A program made the translations under genes and the position numbers. Source: Fimbriosthenelais zetlandica (Eukaryota). Taken from it: DNA of 64,000 bases. The stretch spans positions 14,508,001-14,572,000 of the forward strand of contig OZ365114.1 of the NCBI GenBank assembly GCA_977030845.1. Reading direction: 5' to 3'. Positions within the stretch are counted from its first letter, which is position 1, and each line of letters begins with the position of its first letter. Positions 27,000-40,960 of this stretch are shown here, one piece after another. The notes beneath the pieces were generated by a model that did no database searches, was not told the DNA's origin, and saw only the letters and a list, made by a program, of their open reading frames with translations.

Positions 27000-29200
27000 A
27001 TCTCAAATGGTAAAACGCCTCCTGGTGGTTTCAAATGTGGCAGTGCATATACTGTACACATATACCAACCCACAAGCTTCACCATGCATTGCTGGAACTT
27101 AGACCCGAGCCCTAGCCTGCCTCTCCCAACTGCCTACTATACCTACCACTGCGATGTTGCCATGGTAACAGTATCCAGAAGCCCGCAGGAACTGTTGGCA
27201 ACCTCTATCAATCAGAAGAACAAATATGACGAGGGCATCAAATGGAGGCCCCCAGCCTGATGAGAAAAGATAGATTAAGATGTGATGATGCCGATAGAGT
27301 GGAGCCTTGGCCGAAGCCTTCCAGGCTCTTTAGGCTTTCCTTATCTTCATGTTTTACATTTATAGTCCCCTACACGTAAATTACAAGACAAGGGTTGATA
27401 CTCAAGTTGAGACCTGATCGATGACTGGAGCATTTTATTGGGTACCGGTATCAGGGTCGAGATGTACATCCTATCTAATATGGTACATAGCACTATACCA
27501 GATACCATCTGCAAAATGCTGTCTTTAAGTCTATCTAAGGCTGTATAATGTATGTTTATGGATTCCCACGGCTCGCATTCTGGGCCAATCAATAGCGCTT
27601 ACCGAAAGGGGACGAAAAATGACACAGCCTTGTAATGTATATCCAGACCAGCCTTTGCTGCTTCCTGAGTGGAGTCTCAACTCTTTTGTGTCGATATGAT
27701 AGCTACGAGACACACACATTCTGTCCACTAGTACATTCAATTTTGTTCACACAACTCAAAAAAGGACAGAAAATAGCTCTCAGCGGAGCGCAAATAGCCA
27801 CGATATATCCACCAATGAATAAACCCTCAGCCTATGTGTTCCCAGGCACTTTCATGTTGTTCCCCTTTTATGTCATATTTACGTATGGATACATTTCATT
27901 CCACCATGAAAATATCTCATCAACTTCTTTGTCAAGGGCCTTACCAAGCTCGAAGCAAATATTACCAGTGCCGCATCTCCCCCAAATTCCTTTATTATTC
28001 TCATCAAATATAATTTCTCCACCATACGTGTCTTAAAATTGCTATCACGATCAATACATGTATTTAAGGATCGGAAAATCAGCCCCCATGGACCTGTTCC
28101 ATCGTAACAAAATTCCCATAGACTTATCATTGTAAATAGTTGTTCTGAAACAGTCCCCAGATCACTTGATTCCTAATATGGACCCATTCATTACTTTTGA
28201 GAAATGCAATTATGAATGTAATTTATTGTCAGTGCCGTGTGGATGACATTACAGAAGCGATTCTGCGTCCTCTCTTGTATCAGATATTGTAAGCCATGAT
28301 ACATCCATCTAGAGATATGTCTATATGCTTGTACCCATGTTATCATCCTCAATAATGTGTCCCTTTGACGCCCATGGACCCCTCCCCATGGTGTCATTGC
28401 ACTCCTTATCTACGGCCAGCACGGGCACTCTTATCCCTCTGATCCCAACCTCCAGCCTCCAACGGTATATCCCTCTTGTTCCCCATTTACTCCACTCCAA
28501 GTTGTTACCATGGGCCAAGATGTCTGTCCCCCATTGAAGGAAGATAGGATGGAAGCATTCCCCCATGGGAGTATGGACTCTCTTGTCATCTGCTATAGCC
28601 CATATGACTATGGGAAAACATCTTCCTTATAACATTTGGATCACGCATTGTTGTCATTGATAGACCTGTAGATCTTTGTCGGACGACTGATATTACATTC
28701 TTACAAAGAAGAATCGTGCCATTCATCTTTTAGATGGTTGTAGTTGTCCCAGTACTTTTGGAAAAATGGTTGCAAATAATGTATAAGTCGATACTTTCCA
28801 TTCAGGACAAGACAATCATTCTAGACTGGTATTGTGAAATTGAGAAATCTAGATACCAGAACACAAAATTTAAATCACTTAAAGGAAAAAGGGTAAGTGC
28901 ACATGGTTCAGACACATAGTTGGCAAGAAGGTTTAAGAAACCTCACTTGGGCCAAAGTGGTTTGGCTCATCCAATGCATTGCCTTTTAGTGGGTGCTTCC
29001 AAGAAAGTGTTCAATTTTCTCAAATGCCTCTCTCTGGCAGATATGGGCATTGTTTTGCCTCCTGGTCCGGCCAAATCCTCCCATAAGAGGGAAATTTATA
29101 CCTCGCCTTTATCGTATTGAGCAAGAACTATATGTGTAGGTGAAATATCCACATGCAATCCAACAGCAAGCATTGCTGCCTCAGTGGACTTCAGTTCCCA
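27000..29200 (-). mobile_element. Degenerate Ty3/Gypsy RT(end)-RH-integrase
   Basis: QREAFEKIEHFL (~29000-29040), YRSINDNNA (RH end, ~28650), and integrase core IDRDSNFKTRMVEKL...LTKKLMRYF (ORF 27879..28130), in Gypsy order. Confidence 0.6.
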
Positions 29201-30400
29201 TAGGCCTTATCTCAATGGTGCCAGGTAGCAACTTGGGAAATACCTCATGGGGACACAGGAGGAAAGCCCTACTCTATATAGATGGCTTTTCATAGCGACT
29301 TCTGACTGCAGGAAAGGACATCACTTGGACCGAGTCCACATGGTTGATCTGCAGAGAGAGTGTGGGGAAGGTGACAGCAACGGGGGATGCGAGAAAGACA
29401 GATAAGCAAGACCCAGGTGATAATCTACAATGATAATATAGGCAAAGGATTAGAGCAGCCCGTTAGATCCGTCCCAAGAGGTGAACTGATAAGGTGTTAA
29501 TGTTATCAAACATGCCCAATTTGTCATCAATGAGAGAAAGTTGATTGATCATGGGCGCAGCGAGCTATAGGGTTGGCCATGCAAGCAGGGAGGCAGTGGG
29601 AGGCTTTGCTGCAAGCAATTTATGTATGGAGCTAATGTGCTAAGCCTGGTGGACTATCGATCAAAAGTGGCTGGTAGCATCGTTAGACTGCTTATTGTGG
29701 CCACAATACACTATGTTTGTGGCCACCAGAAATGTGTGGTTGGTGCAAATTTCTGTGTACTGCTCTTGGCCATGCTTGGTGACATTTCTTGCCACAAGCG
29801 TGTAACTCGAACTGCCGTTGTGAGGACAGCCTGTAAAAGCTGGCAGGACTGACGTCTCATCTGCTGTCAGTGTGCTGTTTCACTGCCGACAGAGGTCCGA
29901 CTGCTCTTTCTCACCTCAGCAGCAACCCAACACCTCGATGAGATCACGTCACACCCCTAGAGCTGAGGTCATGCCGGGAAAACAGAGCCGTGTATAGAAA
30001 GACAGCCATTGGTGCGTGATGCCGAATGCGGAAGTTACTGATCTGGTTGTTGGAGAAGATCAACAATACTCTACACCATGATATATTTATGAAGGCTCCA
30101 CATTGATGACTCTTCTTAAAGAATACCGCCAAAGCCTTCTGCCAGAGAATGCTAGCCCATCATGGGTCGAGCCCAGGCCTGGTAATTCAGTATGTGTAAT
30201 TAAATCTATGTGAGTTATAGCACATTAAAGGTCGGATGGCACCGTGATCATGTAGCATTACAGATTAAATATGCCCAAGAAGGACATCTGGGAAATCAAA
30301 TCATGCCAAATCTTACATCATGCATTAACGATACCACTCTCCAGCCCCAAAAGTCAGACAGATCTCCCCTAATGACATCGCCTGTAATTAGTTACCTCTC
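29200..30400 (-). mobile_element. Second degenerate Ty3/Gypsy RH-integrase N-terminal fragment
   Basis: WRYSL...VTSAFGITHQWLSF (RH, F.V.TDH-like), then GCPHNG...CTNHTF...CGHNK (HHCC zinc finger-like) and IVHQA.HISSI. Many stops. Confidence 0.5.
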
Positions 30401-33400
30401 CTTGACATCTCATTAAAGCCGTCTCATCAAGGCAGGCCCAATCAAGATCCACGACCAGAATATCCAATTTCTTCAATGTGATTAAGTCTACACCCATTCA
30501 GTGAGATAACCTGTTTGGGAGCAGTGCATGATTACACGTCCTATTGGACGTTACGGGGGGATCAATGGAGATAATTCCTTGAGCAACCTGGACAAATCAC
30601 AGCTTGAGGACCCAACAACAAACTCTCTCTATCAATATTGACAGTTTTTCTCCGAATCAGAATCAGTTGTCAGGTCTTTGATGGCACACATTGGTAAGAA
30701 GGCAGTGCTCCATTTTTTTTAGGTCCACTTTCTCGCTACGCTTCCCCATCCATCACTCAGGACCGTCGAATTAGCCATACCTTCTTATCAGCCAGTCAAG
30801 CCACAGCCTCCATGTTTGGCGTTGGATTACCAATATGGAACTAAATCATTATCTAGCGCCTCTTTCCCCTTTCCAAGCCCTTTCCCTACCGAGATGGCAG
30901 TACCCCTTGGTGACCTTTCACCTGGGTGGGTTTGATGAATGGCAACCACATTTGTGACCCGGGGCGGGTAGGCTGCGGGTCTCAAAGGCCAGCCTGTGAG
31001 GGGCCCACTTCCATGTGCTGGACTTTAAGAACAGGTCCGGATGTGACCTTGCACACATACGCCATGGACGCATCGATCACAAATGAATCAAGATGAATCA
31101 GGCTACTGACCAATTGTATCCAAGCTAACTAGGTGAATAGGGCTAAGTCTAAGTATCTAAAATAGGGTCTTGTTCTATCATTTCATATCATCTCCAGTAA
31201 AGTAGCTGGGTGAGCCCAATCTCCTGTAGAAGGGAGATGAATGAAGGCCTACCACGAAGGGGACATGTTCATCACCTGTAGTATCATTCAGACGTTGGCA
31301 TTAGATTGGCTGGTGGTGCTGGTCTATATTAGCTTTAGTAATATTGTGAAACCAGGCTCTGATCAACAACTCCCACCTTGACCTATCACTGCTAATTTAT
31401 GAGTTTCAGTCACAGGACCAAGGCGACACACTAGATCTTGAAGAGTGGTATAACTATGTCACAGCATATTTGTGCACACAAACATTAATATCCCTCCGGT
31501 GATGTATTAAATTGGGCAAACACGATCGGGACTATCAGCAGCAAAAACAAAGTCATTGAAGGATTTAAGCAACAATTATGATGACAATGATTTGATTTTA
31601 TTTAGTGGAAAAACATTGAGACGTTAATTGATGTAAATCAGATTTTCAATTCAATTCCTAGTTTCTTTTTGGTAAAAAAATACTTGTTACCTGTCTGTGT
31701 TCATGTTCAAATATGGAAATGCAATGGAAGGGTGGATTCTCCAAATTGGGAGTGAACTTTTCAAAATCCCTTCTCGACCATCACTTAAATCTGACTCCCC
31801 ATCTCCTTTACCACGGACCTAAAACAAGGGTACCCCGCAAAAAAGATTAATTATCAATCTGTTTTCCATAATTTGGTTGAATTCAAATGATTATGAGAGA
31901 ATGGAGCAATGCATTTCTTAATGGAGGCGAAGGATGCAAATGGAGGAACAGTAAAAGCATTTCTATTTCACGAGTCGTTAGTTCGCGAATTCCAGATCTG
32001 AGCAAATCTGTTTCGGCACAGCAAATGACATTCAGCAATGAGTTTCCCATTGGTATCCTACATCACTCTGGGCATTAATTTAATATTAACGACATGATTA
32101 AGATTCACTGCAAAAACGAATGGAAGGAGGCCATTTAAGGTTTTTCTCCATACGTGGGCCGTCCTGTGGCTATAAATTATCACCCAGAAGCAAGTAGATA
32201 TGACTGCAATACAATTGAATATTGTCATAGGAAAAAGACCATATTAAGGAAGAGAGTAGTGTCTTCAAAGTGAGAGTCTATTCTCCAAATTGAACAAGGT
32301 CTCCATAGATTCAAATGTATTTAATACGGCTCTTAAAAAAGGAGAATATATCACTGGTTATTGTTTTTTCATTTTATGGCAAGCTGCTTGCATTCACAGC
32401 TAAGTCCTTCATGGGAGGGAGATTTCCCATTTTCATCATGAAAGTGACATTAAATCAAGCTGTTTATTACAAATGGAGAAATCATCTAAGGCCAGGAATG
32501 GTTCCTTTTCTCCTCTGACTGAATTCATTAGAGTTGGTCATTTATCATAGACACAAAAACCCCTCGCCTGCTAATAACTACCTCCTAAACTACAGGCCAC
32601 AACTGTGCAGCTCGAATCATAGTTACCTCGACTTCGTTCTCCACCATGGACAAGAACGAAAATATTTGCGAAAGACGTTTACAAATTTCATTTCTCTAAT
32701 TAATTTATTCCGTAAATTAGTTACGATAATCACATGAAACTTTGATAGTGTGCAAAAAGAGGCCTGGGGCCAGTATGGTTTTTTGATCTATCCGTTTCAC
32801 ATAAACATATTAGATCTTCATCAATCTCCCAGCCTGTGCATCTCTTCAAGGAATTGGTGAATATTTAAACACGGGGAAGGCAATTACCCCGCTGATAATA
32901 TAATAAGGTCTGACGATAGGTCCAGAGGCCGCACAGCCTTTCGGTTATTTTCAAGTGAGATGTTTCTTGGGTGTAGATGGTGAGGGAATTCCTCATTGTG
33001 CGGGTGCCAGTAACCCTGGCCATAGCCGCCAGGTGGTCAGAGATATATTGTGGCCTGAGTGAGGGCACAATGGGCGGCCAGTGGTGAGATGGATTCCCTA
33101 CCAAGGTAATCAGATTCACGTCAGTGGTGATTGCACCCAGCTACATCTCTGATTCTTCTTCAAGACACTGCATCATCCAATCCCAGCTAATCTAGCTTTC
33201 TTCTACGAATGTCCGAGACAATGGGATATAATGTCCAATAGCCTCGGTCCGTTCTACCATCATTTTTCTCACCCATAGACCCACAACACCTCGGGTCATT
33301 GTCCCTTGACAAAATATCATCTCGATGAATAAGAAAGGGAATCTGTACCAGAGGAATCTCACTAACTTGGCAATTCTCTTCATGCCAGGGGACGAAGTGT

Positions 33401-34129
33401 TAAAGGCACGGAGTAATGGATTCTACATCTGCCGTCTCGGGCCTACCAGACTGCAATCTTCTCCCGCAAATAAAGCACTATTTTTTTCCTTTCACAATGA
33501 CCTGCATGAAAATTTAAGGCGATGGCGCAAGGGTAAAATGCGGCGAATATGCAGTGATAATCTTTGTGCTGAGATAATGAGTGTCCTGCTTTTTCCTGTA
33601 ATTAGGCTAGCTTTTGCCCGATTAGCCACCTCAATCAGAGCTTTACTGCCACCACACTGCACTCCGCTCCTATCCTAAACTGCCGGGTATGCCATCGCTT
33701 TGGCCATAAAGCCTGTGAAACGTATCACCGTCAGGGTGTAAAACACCTCTAAAACTGATTACTCCTCGCCCCTCCTCCAGCTTTGCAAACAGTTCGCGCG
33801 ACTTGTCATCGGGCTATCAATTATAACCTCACCTAACCGGAACTGATTGGCTGTGCATGCGTCCTGGAAGTGATCGGCTGGTCATGCCCCCTATCGGTCT
33901 CTCTGGAGGAAGCACTGCTGCTGCTCACTGATCCACTCCACGAGGAAGGCGAGATGCATCCGTACACATCGCTACTAAAGACAGATACCGAGACGCTGCA
34001 TGCCTTAACCATTATCTCTTGGCCAGGGCACGATAGTGGGATGGTACTGATGGTACAAAATACCTATGATATTATCCAATTTCATAAATATCTATATCTG
34101 GAATATATTGGAATTGGTATTCCTATGAA

Positions 34130-34570
34130 AGCATTAAGGGGCGATTTGAAATTTTCCATTGAGGTGCTTCCTTTTTGAGCAACATGAATTTCGGAGAACA
34201 TGCTAGGTGTTTGATCAACGAGTTTGGTTTGATATAACGTGGGTAGGATAAGATATGAGTATTATATATCCGGACGTAGTCTACTGTTATCATCTTAAGC
34301 AGTTCCATTAATTATCTCATTCGCCATGCAGACACCTTGCTCTTCTGATAAGAGACACTTGGGTATTTAACTGGAATCCTCTTTATTATTCATTATATCT
34401 GGAGCATGAGATAATTATCCATTTCACAGCTGCTTGCCAGCTTCATATAAACCAGAAAAGATAGCACTTGGTCATTGGTCAAGTCCCAAGTCGCCAAGGG
34501 ACAAATCTCAGTTTTCAAGGGGCTATGCCCTGCACTGACTGTGTAGGGAGGACTTATAATAAAAGTAAAG
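34130..34570 (-). mobile_element. Degenerate Ty3/Gypsy RT N-terminal fragment
   Basis: PYTVSAGHSPLKTEI (PYR.S...L..EI) and TVDYVRIYNTHILSYPRYIKPNSLIKHLACSPKFM (VDYR.LN..T..D.YP.P.I..LL..L) in ORFs 34393..34710 and 34123..34308. Confidence 0.5.
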
Positions 34571-36239
34571 GAATGTGAGGGGCAAAAGACGACCCTGAAC
34601 CATTCACTCATATAACAAACACTTCCCAACTGAGTTAAGCTTTGAGGAGCTATGGCCTTTTTGTGTCCTGCTTTGACACTGGAGACACGACACCCATTTC
34701 TCACAGCCACTCCCTCAACTTAACCTCGTAAACAAGAGGAGGTTCCTTGTAGGAGACCATTGAAGGCACAACTATGAGCTTTAAGGATTTAAACATGAGC
34801 CTTGGATGTGATTTAGAGTTAGTCTGTAGGGACTAATTAATGATAATTATGGCTTAACTTTAAAAAAAATTGTTCTAAATGTGGTAAGAGCCTAAATTCC
34901 CCGATTCCGATTTGTTCAGTTTTTTTGGTGAACTAAATCTGGTGCTGTAAGTGACGTTAGACCAGAAATCCCAGGAGAAATTTCAGTGCTTCACCGTCTA
35001 ATCACCTTGGCAGGTAAAATGGATATATGCCATTGGGAACACGCCTGGTTTTTAAATGAGCTCGGAGACTTCAATTAGAGAGATCCGCATCTGCTGGTGA
35101 TTTGTTTTGGGGACTATAACAATTAGATCACCACAGCTTGTGTTTTCCGATCTTAATTATGCCATAAATGGTTTGCCTCTAATAGAAGTTAATTTACAAC
35201 CTTAAACACTTTGGCATAAACACTTGTAAAATCATCATATGTACTCCAAAAAGACTTAAAATCAACAAGGTCGAATCTGATTAAATGTAGACAGCCAATG
35301 GATTTTGTAAAATGTGCTTGTCTCCAGCTCTGTTTAAATGGTATTTATTAGGCACATTTGTTCATAATCAACAATCTTGACGTAATTTCTTCAGGGGCTG
35401 TTTATAATTGGATTGAATTACTCCAATTAAGTTATGCCAGCTTAATTACGGCCCTGCTTCGGTTAAATATAGAATGAGGAAGAGGTGGATATTGCCTCAA
35501 ATCCGAAGACCTTATTCTGCTTCAAAATGCCTGTCAATGAATATCAGTATGAGAATTGGCCATTCTAAAAGTTGGTTAATTGAAGTTTATTCAAAGATGT
35601 TCCTCATAATTTATTCTACCGAGTCTGAGAACAGCCATGCCATTCATATGAAAGAATCGACATTATTGTTGAGGCTTGTTTGTACTTGATAAATTAATCA
35701 TGCATAATTATGAATTCCCACAAGAATAACACCAGATTTTTTACCTTTCGCGGGTCCCAAATTTTCAAGTGACCCAAATGTTTTTCTTCCTAAACTATAC
35801 GTGCAAAAGTTGAATAACCCTATAAGAGGTATTAAGTTCAGAATGTAGGCCTATATTAAATCATAAACTCTGGAATGAGTCCAGTAGGTTCTCTGCTAAT
35901 AATTCCAGCAGTGCCGTGTATTTTTGCCATACTTTTCATGGCGAAGGGCATATGAAATTACACGCCTTGTAGCCACCTCCATGTATGACTCAGGGAGCTT
36001 TTTGTGTCCCCCTGACACATACAATCAGGGTAGATCAGTTTTTTCTGCCTGTCAAACAGCAAAGAGGGGGCTTATAGTGGCTTTAGCCAGGTCATAATCA
36101 TGTATAAAATACTCGACTTCAACGGTACAAGCACTAGCACTTACTGGGGACTTGTGATGCACCAAAATACTGCCTCTTTTCTGCTTTAGAACGAGAAAAT
36201 CGGAAAGAAATGAAAGGTTGTTTGTGCAAATAAATGGCC

Positions 36240-37100
36240 TCTGGTGGTACTGTATTTGTACAGGGAAGACTCGGGCCTGGACAGCCAGGAACATTGTGTG
36301 TGGATGGAGTGTGAACGTATAGACAGAGGAAAATCGCGCCTCCAAGCCGAGCCACAGCAAGGTCTGACATCATATGTGTCAGATTGTGGGTGGAATTGCT
36401 GCATATGGGTTCATTATAGACTCTGGAGGGCAAGCTTTGCAGTTCCCGACCTTCACTATTTTGTATATTTAGCTGATGGGAAGCACAAGGCCAAAAGGCC
36501 AATTGCCAAAATCGTGCTAAGGTCCATTGCAGTTGTACACTGACTCGCACATCATTAAGATATTCAATGTTCCTTCGCATTGAAGAATGGGGTTCTCTCG
36601 ATGTTAGACATTGAAGCAATCTGTTAGAATGTATTTTCACAATTAGAACCTAATCAAATTGAATGTCGCATCTGTCATTTTGAAAGCTTTATAATGTATG
36701 TTGGTGACATTGTTTCAATCAATTTCACCATTTTTGAAACGGAACTAATCTGGATAGCTTTATATACATCTCGATGTATAATAAAAAGCCTTTCATGCAG
36801 CCATTCTACATAATGGAACAGGCTCCCTCTGATGGCTTTTCACATTAGATTACATTTCAAAAAGGATGGTTCACAAAAAGCCGGGGATGTAGGTGGATGT
36901 GACTCTATCAAAGTCCTCGGTGGAACATGATTAGCTCATCTATTAGATCAGAATGAGAGGCCTGTGCTATGTGGACTATTCACCATTGCGCCATGCCCGA
37001 CGGCTCATGCTAATATTTGACTGTATCCTTCATTACAATCTCTTCGCCATTTGATTTATCGTACTGAGCGGACTGCCAATGTAAAGAGTGAACATGCTGA
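36240..37100 (+). mobile_element. Possible Mutator-like (MULE) transposase remnant
   Basis: SDCGWNCCIWVHYRLWRASF weakly resembles the MuDR N-terminal Cys motif, and VGGCDSIKVLGGT.LAHLLDQNERPVLCG resembles IG.DGT.L..Y.G.LL.A..D.N...P. Weak. Confidence 0.3.
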
Positions 37101-39699
37101 GAATGCGTGACATAGAGGAGTCCAGCGAGCAGTTTATAAATCAAGACAACTCATGTAAAAATGATAATGCGGAGGGCATCCATCTTCCTCGGCAATCACA
37201 CTTGGGTCTTAACTCGAGACTATTACAATGATCAGATTCTGTGATTTAATCCGACAATCGCACAAAATCAAATCAAGAATTCATGAGATAAATCAGAATG
37301 CCATGCGTAGTCATATGCAGGCTGGGAGCCAGGGACGGAGATGGCACTGCCTCTATATATATGCATTACCTGGAGCCTGTCTGTATCGGTCCCATTTCAC
37401 AACTGTCATACCATATTAGAGGCTACTGTGCTCTAGCAACTGTGCTACAAATCGATAGCTGATTTATAGATCTTTAGGGCTGCTGTGAACGGGTGGAGGT
37501 AGTGGAGTGTTAATACAGACTTGTCACATCATCCACGCTTCTAATCCGCCTGCCGGCTTCCTATTGACGCACAGGCGTCATCACCTTGGGGCCCTCAAGG
37601 GCAGTGCCAGCATTCCATTCCGCTTCCATTCTTACAAGGTTCTGTCTTTTTCCCATCACCAGCTGGGTCCAGCGTGTTTCGTGCGTTACAAGGACTTGGA
37701 ACCTTTGAAGGCTTACATACAAGGTCCGTGGTGGGAGGCGGTCCAACCTGGGAGTCTCTCACAGAGGTAGTTCCTACCATATGAAGGACCTTGTGAACCA
37801 GCGACAGCCAGAGAAAAAAAGCCTTGTTCCCTCGGGGGCAATATCGAAATACAGCCTGTAAAGCTGGATTCCAAAACCTCAGACGACATATATTTGTTAC
37901 ATTATTTTTTTTGACAATTAATTCTTTATTGTCTTTTTCTTTTCAACAAAGCATCGAGAATGTGTCCTTTCTGAATATTTGTGAAGGCATAATTACATTT
38001 CCTTTCCTCTTTACAGGGAAAGCTTATCCCATTAATATTTATCGCTCTGCCTTCAACTCGAGGGCACACTTGACCCCGAAAGTTTCCAACTGAAAGGAAC
38101 ATCAGTGAGGTCGTTAAGACTGCTGATCTCTGACCCACATTGCAGTGTGGCAGACCGTCTTGTTCATTATCTCGTATATTTGCCTTAATCGTCCCTCTGA
38201 GGTGTTATAAAGTCAGAACCAGGGGCATTCCGCCCTATATTTAGCCTGCTGAGCCCAACGGTCAGAGGAGGGCACATTCACCAGGGAGCAGCAGCTGCAG
38301 TCGTTTGAGCAGAACATTTAAATAAACCAAGAAAAAGATCTCTTCCAGGCTTTATGCAGCTTGCATCAAAACGCTGCTAAAGGTGCACAGCATAGCACTA
38401 AAAAGCCACCCACCAAATCCCACCAGTTGACGTGCTTGACATGAACATAGCATTAATGTTTTAAGGCAAAACATGCTAGTTGGTGTTAACAAGGCTTTTA
38501 CTGCATGCTGGTACCGGACTACATCCTGAACACAACAGCCCACCAACCGTCAGTCTGCTGATCTTATCAATATTTACACCCGATTCACACTCCTCTAGGC
38601 CCACAATGCTAGCTGATGTACAATGCCATTATAGAGAGTTTCCCAACTTGATAACTCAAAAGAGGTGCTACAGATAAACGAATGGCAACTGACGTGAGAA
38701 ATTGTCTCCTGTGACACGGAAAGTGGCTACTGACTGTTGCCGTAGCGATCTAATCAAAACACCTTGCCACATTATGGCCCCGCTTTTCGACTATGATTCT
38801 TTGTGTCTGGTGGCCCTCCTCCTCTGCGCGACTTACTCCTCTTTTTTGACACCGGGGCTAAACCACCAGCATCTACTTCTGGTGCTTTCTGGTGCTCACC
38901 AGCAGCAGCCCAAACTGCCCCGGCCCCACTTAGTCAAGACTCACGTGGAATATAAACTAACCTTGAAATCGATGGTGGACCATAGGCGTTCTTTCGACCT
39001 AAATTCCAGTGTTATCTCCAAGGTCCTCCACAGTCGGTAATCAATAGTAAACCGTCGAGTGGATGCTCCACTTGGATCAAGGAGCCTGAGGGCATCGATC
39101 ATGGAGCAGTGTTTGGTAGGCTGGGATCAAAGCTAGCGGCCAGCATCCGTTATTGTTTTATTGTTTTACTTAGACCAATAAGGTCAGGGAAGTAGGGGGC
39201 ACCCAGAGGTATCAAAACCAAAGCCCAGAAACGACGAGCTGGCCCAGCTAAACACCAAACTGCCGTTTATTTTTTCGCTCTCCAACGCTGAGACTGGGGA
39301 ATCGATCCAACTCGGCCTGGGAAGAATTTTACATAGTAGACTATTGAATGGGCGTGTATAGTTTGCCCAAAACCACCAAGCACTGGCGAGAAAAAGGAGA
39401 AGAAAATTGGAAATATCACTTTGCTAGATGATTCACACTTACTGGTGGTGGGATCGTTATTGCCTGTCCCTCTTGCCAGTCTGGCCCTACATTATATGTG
39501 TCACCACTTCTGCCAGCATACTCAAAAGCAATATACCCAATGCATAGAGTGCTGGGCAACTATATAGTCTGCCTCTACCAAGGAGGCTACCAGTTGAATT
39601 GGTGAGATCTATATGGTAATTTAAATGTAAAAGACCCCAAAACCCAAGTGCGGTAGAATTGTCATCTTGAATGGAGTGTGTATGTAGGGATTTAGCTTT

Positions 39700-40260
39700 T
39701 TCAAGTAGAAACAAATCTCGAAACTAGATTTTAAATCCACAGACATGTTCATTCATGTATGCTTCGGGAGAATTCTCCCTGAATAGCACCAATTCTGATA
39801 GCACTTGCATCCGTCTGTTCAAACTGAAATCTCTCCGTGAGGCTGAATGACACAAGGTATTAATGAAGGCCTACACCTCAGTTTGCAAACAAAGTCATAA
39901 AACGATATGAGATTTTATATTAAGATGCATTTCAAGCAGGTTATTTTTAGCGCTTGCCTCTATTGAGCTCTATCTAGAATGAATAGTATGCATACAGCGA
40001 TAAAAAACCAACATATTCCAGGATAAACCTGCTGTCATGTATTGGAGAGTAACATTTTTTTGGAGCAATATTACATTTTTGACAATGGAATTGGTTTGAG
40101 GATGGAGAATGGAATGAGGACTATTAGGGGACATCAGACTGATAAAATGCTGCTTTTGTTTTTATTTTACCCACGTCATCTATCAAAGTGGAGCCTAAAC
40201 AGCCCCTGGTAGCCCTCAGGGTGGAGAGGAATCCTGAGCTCGATGACCAACATGACACAA
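39700..40260 (-). mobile_element. Degenerate Ty3/Gypsy integrase/RNase H fragments
   Basis: RGCLGSTLIDDVG...FISLM and HSILHPQTNSIV (integrase HPQTNG motif, ~40080-40125), plus FQFEQTDASAIRIGAI (RH TDAS motif, ~39790-39840). The order implies rearrangement or two elements. Confidence 0.5.
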
Positions 40261-40689
40261 AACATATTCATGCTGCTGCAGTGACACAGTGTCCAGAACC
40301 AAGATTATTATGCCTCCTTATAGAAGTGGGCATTAAGAATCTTGATAAGAGCAGAAGTTCAGCATTTCCAAGCTGGTGTAGCACTTCCTTAGACTATGAA
40401 CTGCCAGTGGTAGATCCCGGGAGGTGTTGGAGCTGCATAAAAATATTGATTGATAACAATTATTGAATAGTGAATACTGAATCGGTTTCCTGCCTGAATT
40501 CTGAATAGATTCAGTCTGTGATATTCAGTAGAACACATGATCGCCTAGCTTACAGAATTAACTTTTTATGGATTATGTCAGGCTGGATAGCATCGTATAC
40601 GAGACATCTAGAGTAATGGTATTAATGCTTTTCGTACGTAAGAGCCGTGACTTGAGTGAATATTAGAGTGGTGAATCTGGAGCCGCCCA

Positions 40690-40960
40690 TCTAGCGATAA
40701 TGAGATTACACATCGCCCATCCACGCATTGTCTCGTGATGCGGCGTTAAATGGCAAGAGAGCATTTTTATCACCACGCAGAGAGTTAGCTTGAACGGCAA
40801 GATAGGAGTGCTGCTGCTCTTGGCGAAGTTCTCTTCTTGAGAATTTTATTGCTTCAAGTGCTCGGTCTCGTCAGATTTTTATCTGAAATCTGTTGAATTT
40901 AAAGCGATATTCAAGTCTTATAAACATCTCCACAACGGCAAATAAGGATCGAATCGAAAT
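40690..40960 (-). mobile_element. Retroviral-type (probably Copia) integrase core remnant
   Basis: FQIKI.RDRALEAIKF...QHSYLAVQANSLRGDKNALL resembles IK.LRSD.G.EF...H..S..Y.PQ.NG..ERKN..L. Confidence 0.4.

Noticed and set aside
27597-27704. Exon-like segment YHIDTKELRLHSGSSKGWSGY with a GTAAGC donor
   Set aside because: It lies in frame downstream of a Gypsy integrase core, and that frame's phase does not fit the host gene.
29693-29708. 16-bp perfect palindrome TATTGTGGCCACAATA
   Set aside because: It is isolated inside a decayed integrase region, with no repeated spacing or other functional context.
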